A program made the position numbers and the translations under genes. A stretch of DNA of 64,000 nucleotides from Octopus vulgaris (Eukaryota): assembly GCA_951406725.2 (NCBI GenBank), contig OX597824.1, positions 73,222,001 to 73,286,000 of the forward strand, written 5' to 3'. Positions 13,287 to 28,410 of the stretch are shown here, piece after piece. The notes under the pieces were generated by a model. It saw nothing but the letters and a program-made list of their open reading frames with translations. It was not told the origin of the DNA and did no database searches. Each line of letters begins with the position of its first letter. Position 1 is the stretch's first letter.

Positions 13287-13949
13287 CTGAGTTAAGAATA
13301 TGAAAATCCTACTAATCAAAATTAAAATTACTTCAAATAGGATAAAAGCAGCTCAATAAGGCAATGACAAACGAACTCCACAATCAACTTCAAAAAGGTC
13401 CAGCATCGAAACGACGAAAGAATACGATTCTATTCAATTAACTTCAAATAAAAGCTTACATAATGGTTAACAATAAATTTAAACAATACACAAAAAATAT
13501 ATATCGAGATATTATTGAGAAACAGCTAGCATACTGTACATTTATGTATAGAGAAAAGAATGGCAAGGAAAAGTACTTTCCTTCGGTGGTAAATTTAAAA
13601 TTCTTAAATAACAGGTGCAAAGAATTATAACTGTGAGCAAATACACTTACAACTGGTTGGTAATGAATAATTCTATGCTTAAAGAGACTTGTTTCATGAA
13701 TGGGAAAAAAAAAGATGCATATAATCAATATTAGCATTTGGTATCGATCACCAATCACTAATATTGGTTAAAGTACCTTGAAGTCGGAAATTGGTCTTAC
13801 AGAAAAACTATATAGACATATTAGACTTTTGTTTGTGTTCAAATGACTGGATGTTCGTGATGTCAAATAATTTTCAACATCAAAGGGTAGGACCAGCCAT
13901 AGAGTGCTAAAAAATAGCTCCGAAGTGGTAGTACAATAAAATAGTTCTA

Positions 13950-14515
13950 CTAAAAACTAGCAGAAATATGTATCAAATTTAGGTTTAATCAATACATAAG
14001 AACTGGTAGACCTTGTAAAACTTCACTAAGACAGGATCTTATTATGGTTAGAATGTCACTGAAGGATAGGTTTAAGAGTGCTGCTGAGATATTCCGCGAG
14101 TTTAGCTCCACTTCCGATGTCAACGTATCATGCAAAGCAGTTTCTCGGAGGTTACGAGGTTCTGGGTTGCTTGCTAGAGCACCGGCAAAAAAACCTCTGA
14201 CCTCCAAGAAGAATCAAAGAACCCCGTCAACATTTCGCTCACGAGCATGTCGTTTGGACAGAAGAACAGTGGTCGCAGGTTCATTTTAGTGCTGAATCGA
14301 AGTTTAATGTGATTGGGTCCAATGGCGGTATGTACGTCCGACAAAGTGGCAATAGGTTATCTCGTGTATGTGTGAAGAAGGCAGTGAAATATGGAGGAGG
14401 CAGTGTAACGATATTGAGAGTGATCTCTGCTGCTGGTTCTGGTTCACTTATTCGCCTACAAGGGACTGTCAATGTTGAAATCTATGAGTAGATTCTTAGA
14501 CAGCAAGCCCTAAGT
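13950..14515 (+). mobile_element. Tc1-family transposase relic
   Basis: VSRRLRGSGLLARAPAKKPL, WT.EQW..VHFSAESKF, VKYGGGSVT. Confidence 0.8.
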
Positions 14516-15200
14516 GACCCTTAGCTTTTGGCCGTTGCAGTTTCGAAGATTATTTGTTTATTTCCTCATAACATACGAAATAATTATTCCTTTCACTTGA
14601 AATTTTAACGAAAGACAGATATAAGATATATCTAAATATGTGTAAAATATCTAGTCTCAACGTTTTGTTAATCTTCTATAATATTTCATTACACTTTATT
14701 CTTACTTACCCTTATATTATGTCTACTACTGTACATATGTACATACGTGTGTGTGTGCCCGCGCGTGTGTCTGTGTGTGTGCGTGCGTATGCTTTTGTAT
14801 GTCTTGACATACATATACTGTAGAAAACCACGAATCTGCGGTATTCGCAACGAGAAAGTATCTTATATGGAACTATAGTGCTAAAGAAAGGCACAAAAGA
14901 ATGCCAGTAACAAACGAAAATATCCTCAGACGGATATTTTCGTCTTTGGAATTGCTAAATCTAGATTTCTGCGCATTTGCACGTCAAGGGTAGCAAACAT
15001 GCACTAGCAACCGCATGCTTGGATAAATTTAGCATTTACTGATATAGAAAACTGATTAATAAATCAAAGGTGGCGCAAGTAACCGGCAGGCTTGCTAAAA
15101 ATTCATTAGTAGTGACGGAAGCGGTGTAAGATTAAAATAGCAATCTATATATCTTACTTAACGTAGATATGCTGTGGAAAGCTACTCAACTGCAGTAATC

Positions 15201-15297
<97 letters not shown>

Positions 15298-15775
15298 ATA
15301 AACTTGGTTTAAGAAGAGACTAAATTTAGACAATCAAACTGTAGTTATGACTTACATCAACACAATAAATACCCTTGGTTCGACCTGAACACTTTCAAGC
15401 AATTGTGTAAAAAAAACTTTTGGGGAAAGAAAAAACAAGGTGTCTGTGTAGGAACACTGTCGGTTACGACGACGAAGGTCCCAAAGGTGTGTATGTGTAG
15501 GAACACTGTCGGTTACGACGACGAAGGTCCCAGCTGATACAATCAACGGAACAGCTTGCTTGTGAAGTATATTCTTAACGTTTCTCAGGGAGGTTCAGCG
15601 TGACACAGGTACTACTCCCTTTTGCCAGCTGAGTGGACTGGAACAACGTGAAATAAAGTGCTTTGCTCAAGGACATAACGTGTTGCCAGGAATTGAACTC
15701 ACGACCTTACGATCGTGAGCCGAATACCCTAACCACTAAGCCACGCGCCTTCATTATATATTAATATGTATGTAT

Positions 15776-15871
<96 letters not shown>

Positions 15872-16015
15872 GGAAAACAAATTTCCAAATCAATCAGGTG
15901 CAGCCCTTCCGCGTTATATGCATCTATATATCGTACTTTGGGGGTCTTATTTATCGTATATTTATATATTTATCTATATAAATATACAAAGTATCTGATA
16001 AAAGTCAATATTTAT

Positions 16016-16142
16016 TCAATTTTGGGGGATTAATCGATATGCGGGTATTCCATTTCAGATAATACAAAAATATACTCATTAGGTTATTTTTGTATTATCT
16101 GAAATAGAATATCCGCATATCGATTAATCCCCCCAAAATTGA
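16016..16142. repeat. Near-perfect inverted repeat, about 57-bp arms, 12-nt loop
   Basis: TCAATTTTGGGGGATTAATCGATATGCGG...CCGCATATCGATTAATCCCCCCAAAATTGA. Confidence 0.9.
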
Positions 16143-16583
16143 TTAGTTGAGACAAACGGACAAAAGTCTGTGTGAAGTTTCAAATAAAAAATATATATCA
16201 TCATTAACAAAAAAAAAATTTTGTTGTGACATAGGAGAGAAAAAAGATATTTACACCAGAACGTATTTACTCTGTGTGTGTCTATGAGAGATGTGTATGT
16301 CAACATTGTGTTGAGTGGCGTAAATTCCTGCAGCCATTGATCATAGTTGTTTTACTAACACTCACTAGTTACCAGACACACCATCTATATATAACCAAAG
16401 TCCGTCATAGAAAAGGTGACAAAGACAAAATCGTTAATAACAAAGCCATAAGTTGTTTATCCTATTTTGGATCTAATTAGTTGAGCAATTGTTGTTCAAT
16501 TGTTTTCATAAGTCAACTATCTACTGCTAAAAAATACAAGCTCTTGTTGTGTCTTCCAGAGATCTGAATGGCTAGTAATTAGC

Positions 16584-16591
16584 TGACGTCA
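16584..16591. promoter_or_regulatory. Full CRE palindrome TGACGTCA in unique sequence
   Basis: Motif match only; an 8-mer can occur by chance. Confidence 0.2.
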
Positions 16592-17060
16592 TCAAAACTT
16601 GACAGAATCCTGTTTGTTATTTATTGATAATTTCATATTTGAACACAATGATTTCGGGTTCGATTCCCAGGCATTGAGTTGGTCTTTTGAACTCCACAGG
16701 TATTCATGCTGTGTGTGTGTGTGTGTATGTGTGTGTGTGTGTGTGTTGTATGCATGTATATATGTATTTATGTTCGAATATATACATTTATGTATGTATA
16801 TATTTGTATCTATATATATATATATTTACAATACTATGTAATATCCTGAAAATATTTGGTTTGTGTACTTGACACCAAGTAATTTACTTTCGTCTTCATT
16901 ATCGATAATTAACAGTTATTTGTTGTTTACCTCTCACTTTGATGCCGTGCCCTTTACTTCACTTTGATCGACATCGTATATGTACAAAGTTCAAAAGACC
17001 ACCCTTAACTTTACAGGCTGAGAAATGGATGGAGGTATAATACATGTGGATGGAATGGAT

Positions 17061-17443
17061 GGAAGCACTCCGTCGGTCTCGACGACGAGGGTTCCGGTTG
17101 ATCCTATCAACAGAACAGCCTGCTCGTGAAATTAACGTGTAAGTGGCTGAGCACTCCACAGACATGTGTACCCTTAACGTAGTTCTCGGGGATATTCAGC
17201 GTGAAACAGAGAGTGACAAGGCCGGTCCTTTGAAATACAGGTACAACAGAAACAGGAAGTAAGAGTGAGAGAAAGTTGTAGTGAAAGAGTACAGCAGGGA
17301 TCACCACCATCCCTGCCGGAGCCTCGTGGAGCTTTTAGGTGTTTTCGCTCAATAAACACTCATAACGCCCGGTCTGGGAATCGAAACCGCGATCCTACGA
17401 CCGCGAGTCCGCTGCCCTAACCACTGGGCCATTGCACCTCCAC
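17061..17443 (-). mobile_element. SINE family B
   Basis: Reverse complement of 1856-2241. Confidence 0.85.
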
Positions 17444-17637
17444 ATAATACACGTATCATAGGTTTCAGAGTAAAGGTGACAAACTGGCAATGTCGTTAGT
17501 AGCATGAGCGAAACATGCGTATTATATATTTGTTTTCGCTGTCTACGCACTGGATTCAAATTTTACTGAGGTCAATTTTCCTTTTCAACACTTGGGAGAG
17601 GATAAAAAGAGTATCAGTTCGTGGCAGTAGTGCTAAC

Positions 17638-17715
<78 letters not shown>

Positions 17716-17744
17716 CTATCTCTTTCACCTGCTTCCCTCCACGA

Positions 17745-18690
17745 ATCAATGAATGGCTTGACAATACAACTTCTACAGTCAAGTCACAGTATCTTGAACA
17801 GGATGAGAATGTTAAATATGTTTGTTGTTTGTTTGTTCCTTCTCGAGCCATGCCTGACTCATAAGGCCCAGTTTCCCGGTTTCCTTGGTGTATAAATTCC
17901 CCACCTGGACGGGACGCCGGTCTGTCGCAGGTGAGCTGCAAGATGCAGGAGGAAAGAGTAAGAGGAAGTTGTGGCGAAAGAGTCAGTAGAAGTTCGCCAT
18001 TACCTTCTGCTGGAGCCGCGTGGTATTTCGCTCATAAACACAAACATCGCCCGGTCTGAGATTCGAACCCGCGATCCCTCGACCATGAGTCCGCTGCTCT
18101 AACCACGAGACCATGTGCCTCCACATGTTGAATATGGTGGACACGTAAATAAGAAGAGGGCCAGGAACAAATACCTCAGGAGAGTAAAGAGAATATGGTT
18201 ATAAGAACTCCAAGCTTAGACCAAGCATATTGCCCACAACACTTTTTCAGCGCCTGCCTTCACACCTCTGTTTGGCCTTCTGAACTGGTCACTACAAGAA
18301 CTCAGTGAGATGGATGTTCGAACTCGCTAGCTACTCAGTATTACTGGAAACTTTGACATCAGTGGAGATGTAGACAGGCTATACTCCCCCACGCGAGTAT
18401 GATGGCTTTGCTTCATATGACATCTGCACTGATGTCGTATGAAGCTCGAATTGTGACAACGAGACAGCGTCTGCAGAAAAGGAAAGAGACCAGTGACTAT
18501 CTTACCGAAGTTTGTGACCATTGAAATCAACAACATAATTAGGATTGCAAATGAATTTGAAAAGAGGTATGAAATAAGAGCTGATAAAGATCTTCCCCGA
18601 AAGAGCATTGGTAACATTTATTTATCACAAGAACGAAATTTAAAAAGTGGATCAATTCACTGAGAAGACGCAAACACAAACCATTGATCT
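17745..18690 (+). mobile_element. Dong/R4-like LINE RT relic, copy 1
   Basis: Y.EQDEN...VNKKR...IAHNTF...FGLLNWSLQELSEMDVRTR*LL...DVDRLY; interrupted by SINE D. Confidence 0.7.
17821..18124 (-). mobile_element. SINE family D (family B-like head, V-domain-like body) with 12-bp TSD
   Basis: TSD ATGTTAAATATG (17809-17820) / ATGTTGAATATG (18125-18136); CTGCGACAGACCGGCGTCCCGTCCAGG resembles the V-SINE core; older relatives at 30803-31030 and 52960-53190. Confidence 0.7.
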
Positions 18691-18694
18691 TGTT

Positions 18695-19144
18695 CGAGTG
18701 TCCCAAATGTTGAGATTAGCACTGGTACTGCAAATGCATTGTGAGATATTGTTTTGTTGTAAGAGGAGAGTTCCGACTACCATGTTTTCCTAAGTCTGGT
18801 ATGATATTCTCGGGTCACTCTATCTTTATTCACAGGTTCTTAATATAATGCATTTTCCTCTATGCATAGGTACTTGTAACATTCTTTGCGTGGAATGGGG
18901 GAGATAGAGAGACCGTTGATGCACTGGTTTTGGGTTTGGGGGACTGACTTTCCTCGTTCTATAATCAAATATGAACATAGGCGCAGGAGTGGCTGTGTGG
19001 TAAGTAGCTTGCTAACCAACCACATGGTTCCGGGTTCAGTCCCACTGCGTGGCATCTTGGGCGAGTGTCTTCTGCTATAGCCCCGGGCCGACCAATGCCT
19101 TGTGAGTGGATTTGGTAGGCGGAAACTGAAAGAAGCCTGTCGTA

Positions 19145-19188
<44 letters not shown>

Positions 19189-19575
19189 TGTGTGTGTATG
19201 TGTTTGTGTGTCTGTGTTTGTCCCCCTAGCATTGCTTAACAACCGATGCTGGTGTGTTTACGTCCCCGTCACCTAGCGGTTCGGCAAAAGATACCGATAG
19301 AATAAGTACTGGGCTTACAAAGAATAAGTCCCGGGGTCGATTTGCTCGACTAAAGGCGGTGCTCCAGCATGGCCGCAGTCAGATGACTGAAACAAGTAAA
19401 AAGAGAAAAAAGTGTATTTCTTTTGGCCAAATTTCATGCCCATATCAGCTGAAAATATTGTTATTAATTCCAGTTGGTTTTTTTTTTTTTTTTTTTTTTT
19501 TGCATTGTTAACACTTTTAGCATAAATCTTCTGGTCGTCTACAAAGAAATTATGAGTTACATTTGTTTTCTGCAA
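18695..19575 (-). mobile_element. Dong/R4-like LINE RT relic, copy 2
   Basis: HNFFVDDQKIYAK...FSADMGMKFG...YKYLCIEEN...SELSSYNKTISHNAFAVPVL; interrupted by SINE A. Confidence 0.75.
18979..19405 (+). mobile_element. SINE family A, inserted in a Dong/R4-like LINE relic
   Basis: Full copy; RT-like translation continues on either side. Confidence 0.85.
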
Positions 19576-20209
19576 TAGGAACGAGATAATGCATACAGTG
19601 CCAATATGTATGCATGTATGTGTGTATGTGTCTGTGTCTGTGTCTGTGTGCGCGCGCGCGCGTGTATGTATGTATGTATTTATTAATTAATTAATTTATT
19701 TATTTATTTATTCTACCTTTCAAATTTTCAGTACTAGCAGACGCAACAATTAGACAGCTACGTTCTTTATCTCCCCGAATCCAAGTACAGCCGTACTTCG
19801 ATCGACTCGAATTAGTCCATATCCTGTTTCTCCAATACTAAAGGGTATAAAAACTGAAAGATTGATTTACGGGAATGGATTTGGAAACTCTTTGTCAGTG
19901 GTATATAAATGTCATCAACTATCTTCTCTATTTGTTTTACCACATTGATATCAAGTGTGCAGCTGACTGACACCAACGGACTACGTCTTTAATTGTTATA
20001 AATGTCTTATGTATGCCCGCATGTATGTATGTATGTATGTATGTATGTATGTATGTATGTATGTATGTATGTATGTATGTGAGTGTGTGTATGTATGTAT
20101 AAAGTTTATTTGCCCTCCTATCTGTATTTTCCCAATCTTCTCTTTCTTAGAATAACTTCCGTTTGATATATTTTTTCCTTTGCTTCTGCTTGTTTTTGTG
20201 TTATGCATT

Positions 20210-20265
<56 letters not shown>

Positions 20266-20319
20266 TGTGTGTATGTGTGTGTGTGTGTACATATATAATA
20301 CAGATATATACAGTATATA

Positions 20320-20360
<41 letters not shown>

Positions 20361-20989
20361 GAATGATGAAAATTGTACACAGAAAAAATAAATCAAACAG
20401 CGTTTCAACTCTATGTGAATATATGTGTGTGTATGTAAAATGGGAGTATGTTAATGTATGTGTGTCTTAAAGACAATCTTTGATGTTTTTCCACCCAAGA
20501 GGTTTTTTTAATGCAATATTCTTTATGCTATTATTCATAGCTTTATCTTCTTCGAGTTCCACTGTTAAAAATAATTTTTTCATGTCAAATAATATTTTCC
20601 TATGATTTGAGGAGATTTTAAACTTCTTTTTATTACTTTATTTTCTAATTTTTATTTATTTTTTCACTTTTTCACAATAGGAGCTTTGCCAAAATATCTG
20701 GGTTTAAATTTCTTGGGCAGTTGAACTACTATAATCCATTATTTGTTCGTGAATGATAGTTTATACCATGCTTTCACTAATTTTTTTGGTGCCTATATAA
20801 TCTAAAGCAGGCATAGACATTCTCTTGACTCTCTTCACACCCTGGAACTTGTAAATCATCCAGGGTGTGATAGCTGAAAGGAGAGAAAACTGCACTTGCA
20901 CTAAATTCTTCTATACTTTTAGTCATTTATTTATTTATTAATTCAGTGTTGCATGTGAGATGAATCTAACTCTTGGCTGAGCCAGTCAT

Positions 20990-21400
20990 GAGGATCACAC
21001 CATCATATTTAAATCAGTGTTCAAGGAAAAATATAGTGTATCAATATAAAGTGATAACAAGGGATCATAAGTATTATTACATAAGTTTGTCAGCTACAAT
21101 TTGGAAATCTAGATTTCATAATCATTCTCATTCATTTAAGTATAGAAGAAAAAGTAATTCTACAAATCTTAATAAATGCATTTGGGATTTAAAGGATAGG
21201 AACATTAAGTATAATTTATAGTCCATTATTAGTTACACACCATTGTATGATACTGGTAATTCTTAAAGTAATCTTTGCCTTGAGGAAATGTATTATATGA
21301 TTATTTCTAAATTGATATTACTAAATTATGATGGCAATTTTACATTGAAATGTTGTCGCAAATTTAGAAAAACATTTAAATATTTCAATTCTTAATTATA
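20990..21400 (+). mobile_element. Penelope-like GIY-YIG relic
   Basis: CSRKNIVYQ...YISLSATIWKSRFHNHSHSF...NSTNLNKCIWDLK. Confidence 0.65.
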
Positions 21401-22127
21401 ATTGCTTTTATATAATATAATAAACATAATTTTTCTATAAATATTTAGCTTATTTAATAGATATGTTTATGCAACTTAAAATTCATATGCTTATTTTTAT
21501 ATTCTTTCATTATACACTGACATCACCAAAAGTTGAATACCAAACTAGCTTTTCTTAGAATATTATATTCTTCTTCATGCTCTTTTTGTATATGTTTGTT
21601 TACTAGAAATATTTTCTTAGTTCACTTTGAATTTAACCAATTTTGTATCACCTTGATAAGGTTGTATTAAGATGTATTTTCAAATATATCAATTTGACTG
21701 ACATTTTCTGTGTATTTTAATATGTTAGCACAACAGAAACAATCATCAGTATTTTATGTTGAATTCACCAATTAAAGATGTCATTTTCTCCAGGGATAGC
21801 TGTGTGGTAAGAAGCTTGCTTCCCAACCACATGGTTCCAGGTTCAGTCCTGGTGCATGACACCTTGGACAAGTGTTTTTTTCCTGTGACCTCAGGTCAAC
21901 CAAAGCTTTGTGAGTAGATTTGGTAGACTGAAGCTGAAAGAAGCCTATCATGCATGTGTGTGTGTGTGTGTGTATTCATGTCTGTGTTTATCCCACCCAC
22001 TACCAACTGGTGTTGGTGTGTTTATGTCCCCATAACTTACTAAAAATTCTCTGTGGTGGTTCCCCAGCATGGCCACAGTCTAATGACTGAAACAAATAAA
22101 GGATAAAAGATTTGTATTTTTGCTGTA

Positions 22128-22164
<37 letters not shown>

Positions 22165-22226
22165 CATTTCACTTCATCTAGTTTCAGCTCATGAGCTGTG
22201 GCCATGCTGGGGCACCGCCATTCATA

Positions 22227-22262
<36 letters not shown>

Positions 22263-23901
22263 TGTATGTATATACATATATATATATAGTAAGGTGCATG
22301 GCTATGTGGTAAGAAGTTTTGTAACCACATGGTTTCAGATTTAGTCCCACTTCATGATAACAAACAGGTGAGGGTTGGAAACAGGAAGAGCATCCAGCCA
22401 TAGAAAATCTGCTTCAATGAATTTGTGAGTGAAAAAATAGACATTAAAACAATGATGATATGAGGGGAAATTTTAATTTAAATGTAAAGATTTTAAAATA
22501 GAAGGTTTTGCATCATAAAATAGGGTCAGTCTCTGGCAGATTGATATCAAAAGGGTTAAAAGAGCTTTGAGAAAGTGTCACTTAAACCTGAGACTTATCA
22601 CAGCCCATACATGGTGTTAAATAAATTAGATAAGGTATGATTCATTGGGGCATTTCCTCAAACTATTTTGTCTTATTCTTCTTGCTGTCGTTAAGGAAAT
22701 CCAGATAAAGTGCACTAGGATAAGATGTTAAGATTTTCTATAAAATCACCATGCCTTACTTTCTCAGGACAATTCAAGAATCTCAGATAAGGTGTTTTGG
22801 AATTTTTTTCCTCAAACTAGTTGAGTCTTGCTTGTGATAAATATTACGAAAATTGTGATAAGATATCAGCAAGAGCTTTGCCAAAATATCTGGGCTTAAA
22901 CTACTATGAGACATCATTCATTAATGAATATGACTCGGTATGTCATACCATGCTTTCACTAATTCTTTTAGGTACCTATATAGTCACAAGCAGACGTAGA
23001 TATCCTCATGACCCTCTTCCCACCCTTCAGCTAGCAGTACATCCAGGATGTGATGGATGGGATGCAAAAAGACTACACTATCACTTGGCTAATACTATTT
23101 TCTGTATTCATGAAGGGACAAGAGCAACATAAAGTGCCTTGTTCAAGGGCTCAACACACCGCTCAGACCAAAAATTGAACTCAAGAACTTATGTTTTGGG
23201 GGCCAGTATATAACTAGGCAACCCTGCATTCCTTCCTAGACAAAAGAGATGTTTTCAAGTTTCACTTGTTCACTAATTACAAACAAACGAAACTTAAATC
23301 TAGCGATGGCTTAGTTGATTTTTGATTTTATGCACTTCTGTGTATTTTTCATTTTTCATTATTCTTGTCTTATTTTTTAAGTTCTGAGTTCAAATTCCAC
23401 TGAGGTCGACTTTTCCTTTCATCCTTTCATGGTCGATAAATTTAGTACCAGTTGCATACTGGGGTCGATTTAATTGACTATCCACTCCCCCAAAATTTCA
23501 GGCCTTGTGCTTATAGTAGAAAAGATTATTTGTATCTTATTTTCAAAAACTGAGGACAACAAGTGTATTGTCAATCTGTGATTTTTACCACACATCTTGC
23601 TCTTCTAGTTGGGTATTTACCTTTGTTAAAGTGTTATACATCAACTTTCATTAATCACTATTATTAGTAGTCGACAGCTGGGTTGCCTCGAAGGACTTTC
23701 AAGCTGACAGCTATTATGGACAGTTTCTAGAAATTACTGGCTTGGTATTGCTGCTGAGGGGCTCCACCAGTTTAAGACAAACTCTGTAAGCATGGAAGTG
23801 CTGCCATGAAGGTCTTCCCAAGATGCACACACAGTAACAAAATTGTAATGCATACACTCATGCAGTGTCTGAACATTGCTGACTTGTGGAGTTATATCAA
23901 G

Positions 23902-24270
23902 GGAAGCACTCTGTCGGTTACGATGACGAGGGTTCCGGTTGATCCAATCAACGGAACAGCCTGCTCGTGAAATTAACGTGTAAGTGGCTGAGCACTCTAC
24001 AGACACGTGTACCCTTAACGTAATTCTCGGGGATATTCAGCGTGACACGGCCGGCCCTTTGAAATACAGGTACAACAGAAACAGGAAGTAAGAGTGAGAG
24101 AAAGTTGTGGTGAAAGAGTACTGCAGGGATCACCACCATCCCTGCCGGAGCCTCGTGGAGCTTTAGGTGTTTTCGCTCAATAAACGCTCACAACGCCCGG
24201 TCTGGGAATCGAAACCGCGATCCTACGACCGCGAGTCCACTGCCCTAACCACTGGGCCATTGCCCCTCCA
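23902..24270 (-). mobile_element. SINE family B
   Basis: Reverse complement of 1856-2241 with a small internal deletion. Confidence 0.85.
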
Positions 24271-24869
24271 CAGCTATATCAAACAGCTACTGTTGCATGT
24301 TGGATGACTCTAACTATTGGCTGAGTCCATCATGAGGATGACCCCATCATCCACCTTTAACAAGGTTGGGTAGGCAGTGTGTCTCTGTCTTGTGGCAATG
24401 GCAAAAGAGGTTGTGTGCTAGATGAGGCTGAAAGATTGAGGAAAAACACCTTCCTCTTCTGCCAAGAAAGTGGTGGATAAGTGAGTACTCTCTCCAAATA
24501 AATTTGTTGAAAGGTGGATGACTGTGGCAAAAAGGATTGGACCTATTCAAAGCATGCATCTGTAGATTGGAGAATGAAAGGCCTCATGGTCAGAGGGATC
24601 TTGGATCTGTAGGGTTCCTTAATTGTTTCTAGATGAAGGCTCTCCTGTATCAGGAGAACTGCATCATTCACATGTCCACATATTTTGCATACTATGTATA
24701 CAAAATATGTATATTTTGTATGATATGTATACTTCTGGCCCACGATGCCTCCTTTCCTTTTCTTCCCTCTTATCTTTTATGTAATTACCAACACAAATTG
24801 TAAATCGTCTGTGCAATGTTCCCTTTATCTGATGCCTCTGTGACAAATAAAAGAAATCATTATTATCAT

Positions 24870-24907
<38 letters not shown>

Positions 24908-25648
24908 GTGGTGATTGTGGTGGTGGTGCTGGTGGTATTGGTGGTGATGGTGGTGATGGTGATGGTGGTGATGATGATGATGATGATCATGATCATGATG
25001 TTGTTGTGATGGTGATGGTGATTTCATTTATTTGCCACAAGAGTGAAGGATGAGAGGGACAATACAAAGACAAACATAAAGTGGTGGGGTTTACATATAA
25101 TGAAATGATAAAAAAAAAAACAAAGAAAGAAATTAAGTATACACAGTATACACTGAAAAAGCAGGGACATATGCATAGCATAAAAAGGTGAAAAAACAAA
25201 ACAAATAGTGACAGGGAAGATGGCAGAGATGTGGCCCTTTTGATACAGGAAGGACTCAAGGAATAATAGAGGAACCCCACTGATCAAGATTTCCCTGAAA
25301 ACCTATGAGCAAGTGTCCTCTCCCATTCCTTCTCTCCAACTCACAGGTCTACTCTTAGAAAAAACACTTGTCCAAGGTGTCATGCACCAGGACTGAACCC
25401 GGAACCATGTGGTTGGGAAGCAAGCTTCTTACCACACAGCTATCCCTGGAGAAAATGACATCTTTAATTGGTGAATTCAACATAAAATTGGTGAATTCAA
25501 CATAAACATCCACTCTTGCCATTTTCACAACTTACACCTACCTTTCAATAAACTCACTTGAGGACAGCACTTCCCTCTCCACTTTCAATTTCCTTTTCAA
25601 GTGAAACTTGAAGAAGCTAATGAGAGTTAATGTTAACAACAACAACAA

Positions 25649-25701
<53 letters not shown>

Positions 25702-25709
25702 TAATAATA

Positions 25710-26898
<1,189 letters not shown>

Positions 26899-27796
26899 AA
26901 TCAAATTATATTTTCTGTATATGAAATAATTATGAAAAGTTCAGAAGCTGTTACCTGTGTTGGTAACAAAGAGTTTCTTGAGCCAATAAAAGAGATTTTA
27001 TGTGGTCAATCAACTTGCTAAAAATAGCAGCCAAAGTGCCTGAAATCACATTGTACTATCTTAAAAAAAATGAAGGATACATTTAATTCCTTTCAATTTC
27101 TCTTGAAAGTTTATAAGTTTTTATGATGCCAACAACATACAATTCTCACAGGTAAGAATAAACTTTCTAAAATGGATAGTGAAACTTGAAAGATTACTTT
27201 GGTCTAATGGTAGACAGCCTGTCATGTCTACAAGAGATGTGGGTTCAAGACCCATGGGCAGCCTTCAACTTTTTCTGTACAAAAGGGTTTTTTCAACCTG
27301 ATATTTACATGCTATAATTTTTGTAGCTTTATATGTCCTTTGAGATCTAGTTTCAAACAAGAGAAATTATGTACATGCATGTGTGTGTGTGCGCCTTTAC
27401 AATCGCATGATAGTCGTAAATGAATGTCCTTGTTTTATAATAAGTGTCACTAATTTCCAGTCTTCCATAAAAGCATGTCCAGTTATGTCATTGGGAAATT
27501 TACCGTGCTTGGAAACAAATGAAGATTGTTGACAGGAAGGACATTCAGCCATAGAAAATCTGCCTCAACAAATTCTGTTTTTTCCTCACATCAATAGTAT
27601 AGAAAGAATGTGTTTACATTGTTATTTAACCTACAGTGAGGCTTTATAATATTTAAATTTATTTCAGTTCTTTCTTTTCATTTACACTGTGTTGTATATC
27701 CAATTAAAATACTTCCCAACACTAAATAGATACAACATTGTGCGTGATTGTATGTAGAAGTGTATGTATATATCATACTTATATTCATATTTACAG

Positions 27797-27869
27797 AGTG
27801 GCTGAAAACCAAGTGAAGAAAATCATTTACCAAACATTGAAAGCTGTAAATTTCTGTCATCAACATAAG
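27797..27869 (+). CDS. CDKL1: CDKL1-like exon: (G)VAENQVKKIIYQTLKAVNFCHQHK
   Basis: ttacAG acceptor, AAG|GTAAGC donor; 73 nt; phase matches previous exon; subdomain VIa. Confidence 0.95.
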
Positions 27870-28410
27870 GTAAGCCACTTAGTTAAACTTAGTGTAAATA
27901 TACCTTACAGCAGGTTGAATTATCAAGGGTTGGTTCTCACACTGACTCAAGGTTGCAAATGTGTTATGTAGAGGGGGGGAGTGCAATTGATAGAACTTTA
28001 CCCATACTAACATCAAGGAATGGAACTTTTCAGGTGTCAATCTGTGGTCCATGGTCTCTCAAGATATATAGAAGCACAGGTTTCTTTCATAACCCACTTG
28101 ATACCAACCCACCTGCAACTGCAAGTGAAACTAAACTTATAGAGATTTGATCCTGTGTCATTCTAGAGGTTCCTTTCCTTGTGTACTCTCCATCACCAAC
28201 ACTTTGTAACCCAGCATTCATTCATTCATCATCATCATCATCATCACCCCCACCCCCCCCCCCCATCATCATCATCAGCATCATCAGCATCATCATCATC
28301 ATCATCATCATTTAACATCCGTCGTCCATGCTGGCTTGAGTTGGACAGTTTGACCAGGGCTGGCAAGCTAGAAGGCTGTACCAGACTCTACCCTGATTTG
28401 GCATGGTTTC

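Noticed and set aside
18280-18690. Apparent internal inversion of one LINE
   Set aside because: The plus and minus fragments overlap in protein coordinates and differ in sequence, so they are two copies
19850-19920. ERLIYGNGFGNSLSVVYKC as a possible diverged Gly-rich loop
   Set aside because: Spacing wrong, no start codon, no VAIK or alphaC, and a stop follows
20118-20180. Minus-strand NGSYSKKEKIGKI resembling the CDKL N-terminus
   Set aside because: Wrong strand, motif order reversed, no VAIK; chance similarity
24320-24360. EDDPII on + strand, as in CDKL exon 1
   Set aside because: Stop three codons later and no flanking kinase residues; region looks like a minus-strand LINE relic
26950-26967. 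GTTACC-TGTGTT-GGTAAC X-box-like palindrome
   Set aside because: 6-bp spacer exceeds the RFX consensus of 0-3
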